Positions 63,340 to 64,000 of a DNA stretch of 64,000 nucleotides are shown here, piece after piece. A model generated the notes under the pieces. That model ran no database searches. It saw only the letters and a list, made by a program, of their open reading frames with translations, and had not been told where the DNA came from. The position numbers were made by a program, and so were the translations under genes. Source of the DNA: Antedon mediterranea. Its lineage: Eukaryota; Animalia; Echinodermata. The stretch lies in NCBI RefSeq assembly GCF_964355755.1, contig NC_092672.1, forward strand, positions 20,163,237 to 20,227,236. Direction: 5' to 3'. Position 1 is the first letter of the stretch. Each line of letters starts with the position of its first letter.

Positions 63340-64000
63340 ACGCACCTGCCTTTCTTGTATTTTGACTCCAAATTTGTTGACTAACTTTATCCTGAACACC
63401 ACACTTTAAAATTAGGACTTATAAGTACTTTCAGAAGAAGAAACACATAATAACAAATAAATAAATCCTTTAAATTGATGATTTTACAGATGTGTTTCTT
63501 TGTATACTGTAATGTAACTCCTCGAGCTCCCCATGCTCAATGTTTTTGTTTCTATGGAGCGCCAAAAGAGCAACAATAATAGTACAAGTATAAAAACAGA
63601 AAGAAAACGAAACAAAAAAACTTATCATGATTTTTAAATTAAAATTTATTTGCCAGTATTTATTTCTTCGTACTTGCATGAGTATACTATTATCATTACA
63701 ATTTTAATTTTACATTGTTCCATCCACACTGTAGATGGACTCCACAGAGTTTTCAGCCCTCTATATAATTGTTGCTCTTTTGACGTTCCATAGAAACAAA
63801 AACATTGAACATGGCCCATGGGGTACTGTACTGTAGGCTAGTCATTTTGTGTGCGAGAAAAACGTCTGTAAAATCATCCATTTAAAAATGTATTTGTTAC
63901 TTTTTATGTGATTCTTTTTCATGAAAGTGCCAATTCTAAGGTGTGGTATTCAGAATAAATGTTGGGAGTTAAAATACAAGGCAGGTGCGAAAGATAAATA
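63340..64000. mobile_element. Old foldback element with long diverged inverted arms, running off the window end
   Basis: 63530-63580 is inverted at 63765-63815, and 63343-63416 is inverted at 63930-63993; common centre ~63670. Confidence 0.7.

Overview
AT-rich eukaryotic genomic DNA, probably an invertebrate; the abundant TAGGCCTA low-complexity tracts suggest an echinoderm, which is only an inference. The only host coding signal is a + strand ankyrin-repeat gene with three exact 99-bp phase-0 AG/GT exons (9634-9732, 18610-18708, 38113-38211) and one ankyrin-starting exon that ends in a stop (10640-10738). The remaining sequence, intronic between the exons, is packed with repeats. The largest feature is a ~17-kb cluster (20956-37833) of a ~1.26-kb non-autonomous Helentron/Helitron2-type element with sub-TIRs, hairpins, a CTAG end and an internal tRNA-derived Pol III-like box. 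Its copies are arranged as runs of 5' caps followed by runs of cap-less bodies, which suggests nested self-insertion, and as two opposed arrays forming a giant inverted repeat. A very young Gypsy LTR retrotransposon (47502-53625) has apparently identical LTRs, an HhH-domain Gag, a -1 frameshift site and no integrase, and it is inserted into ORF2 of a 5'-intact, 3'-truncated LINE. The window also holds P-like, AcademH-like, Academ, Sola-like and Harbinger-like DNA elements, LINE 3' fragments, local duplications and several mini/satellites. All coordinates and comparisons were read by eye; no database searches were run.
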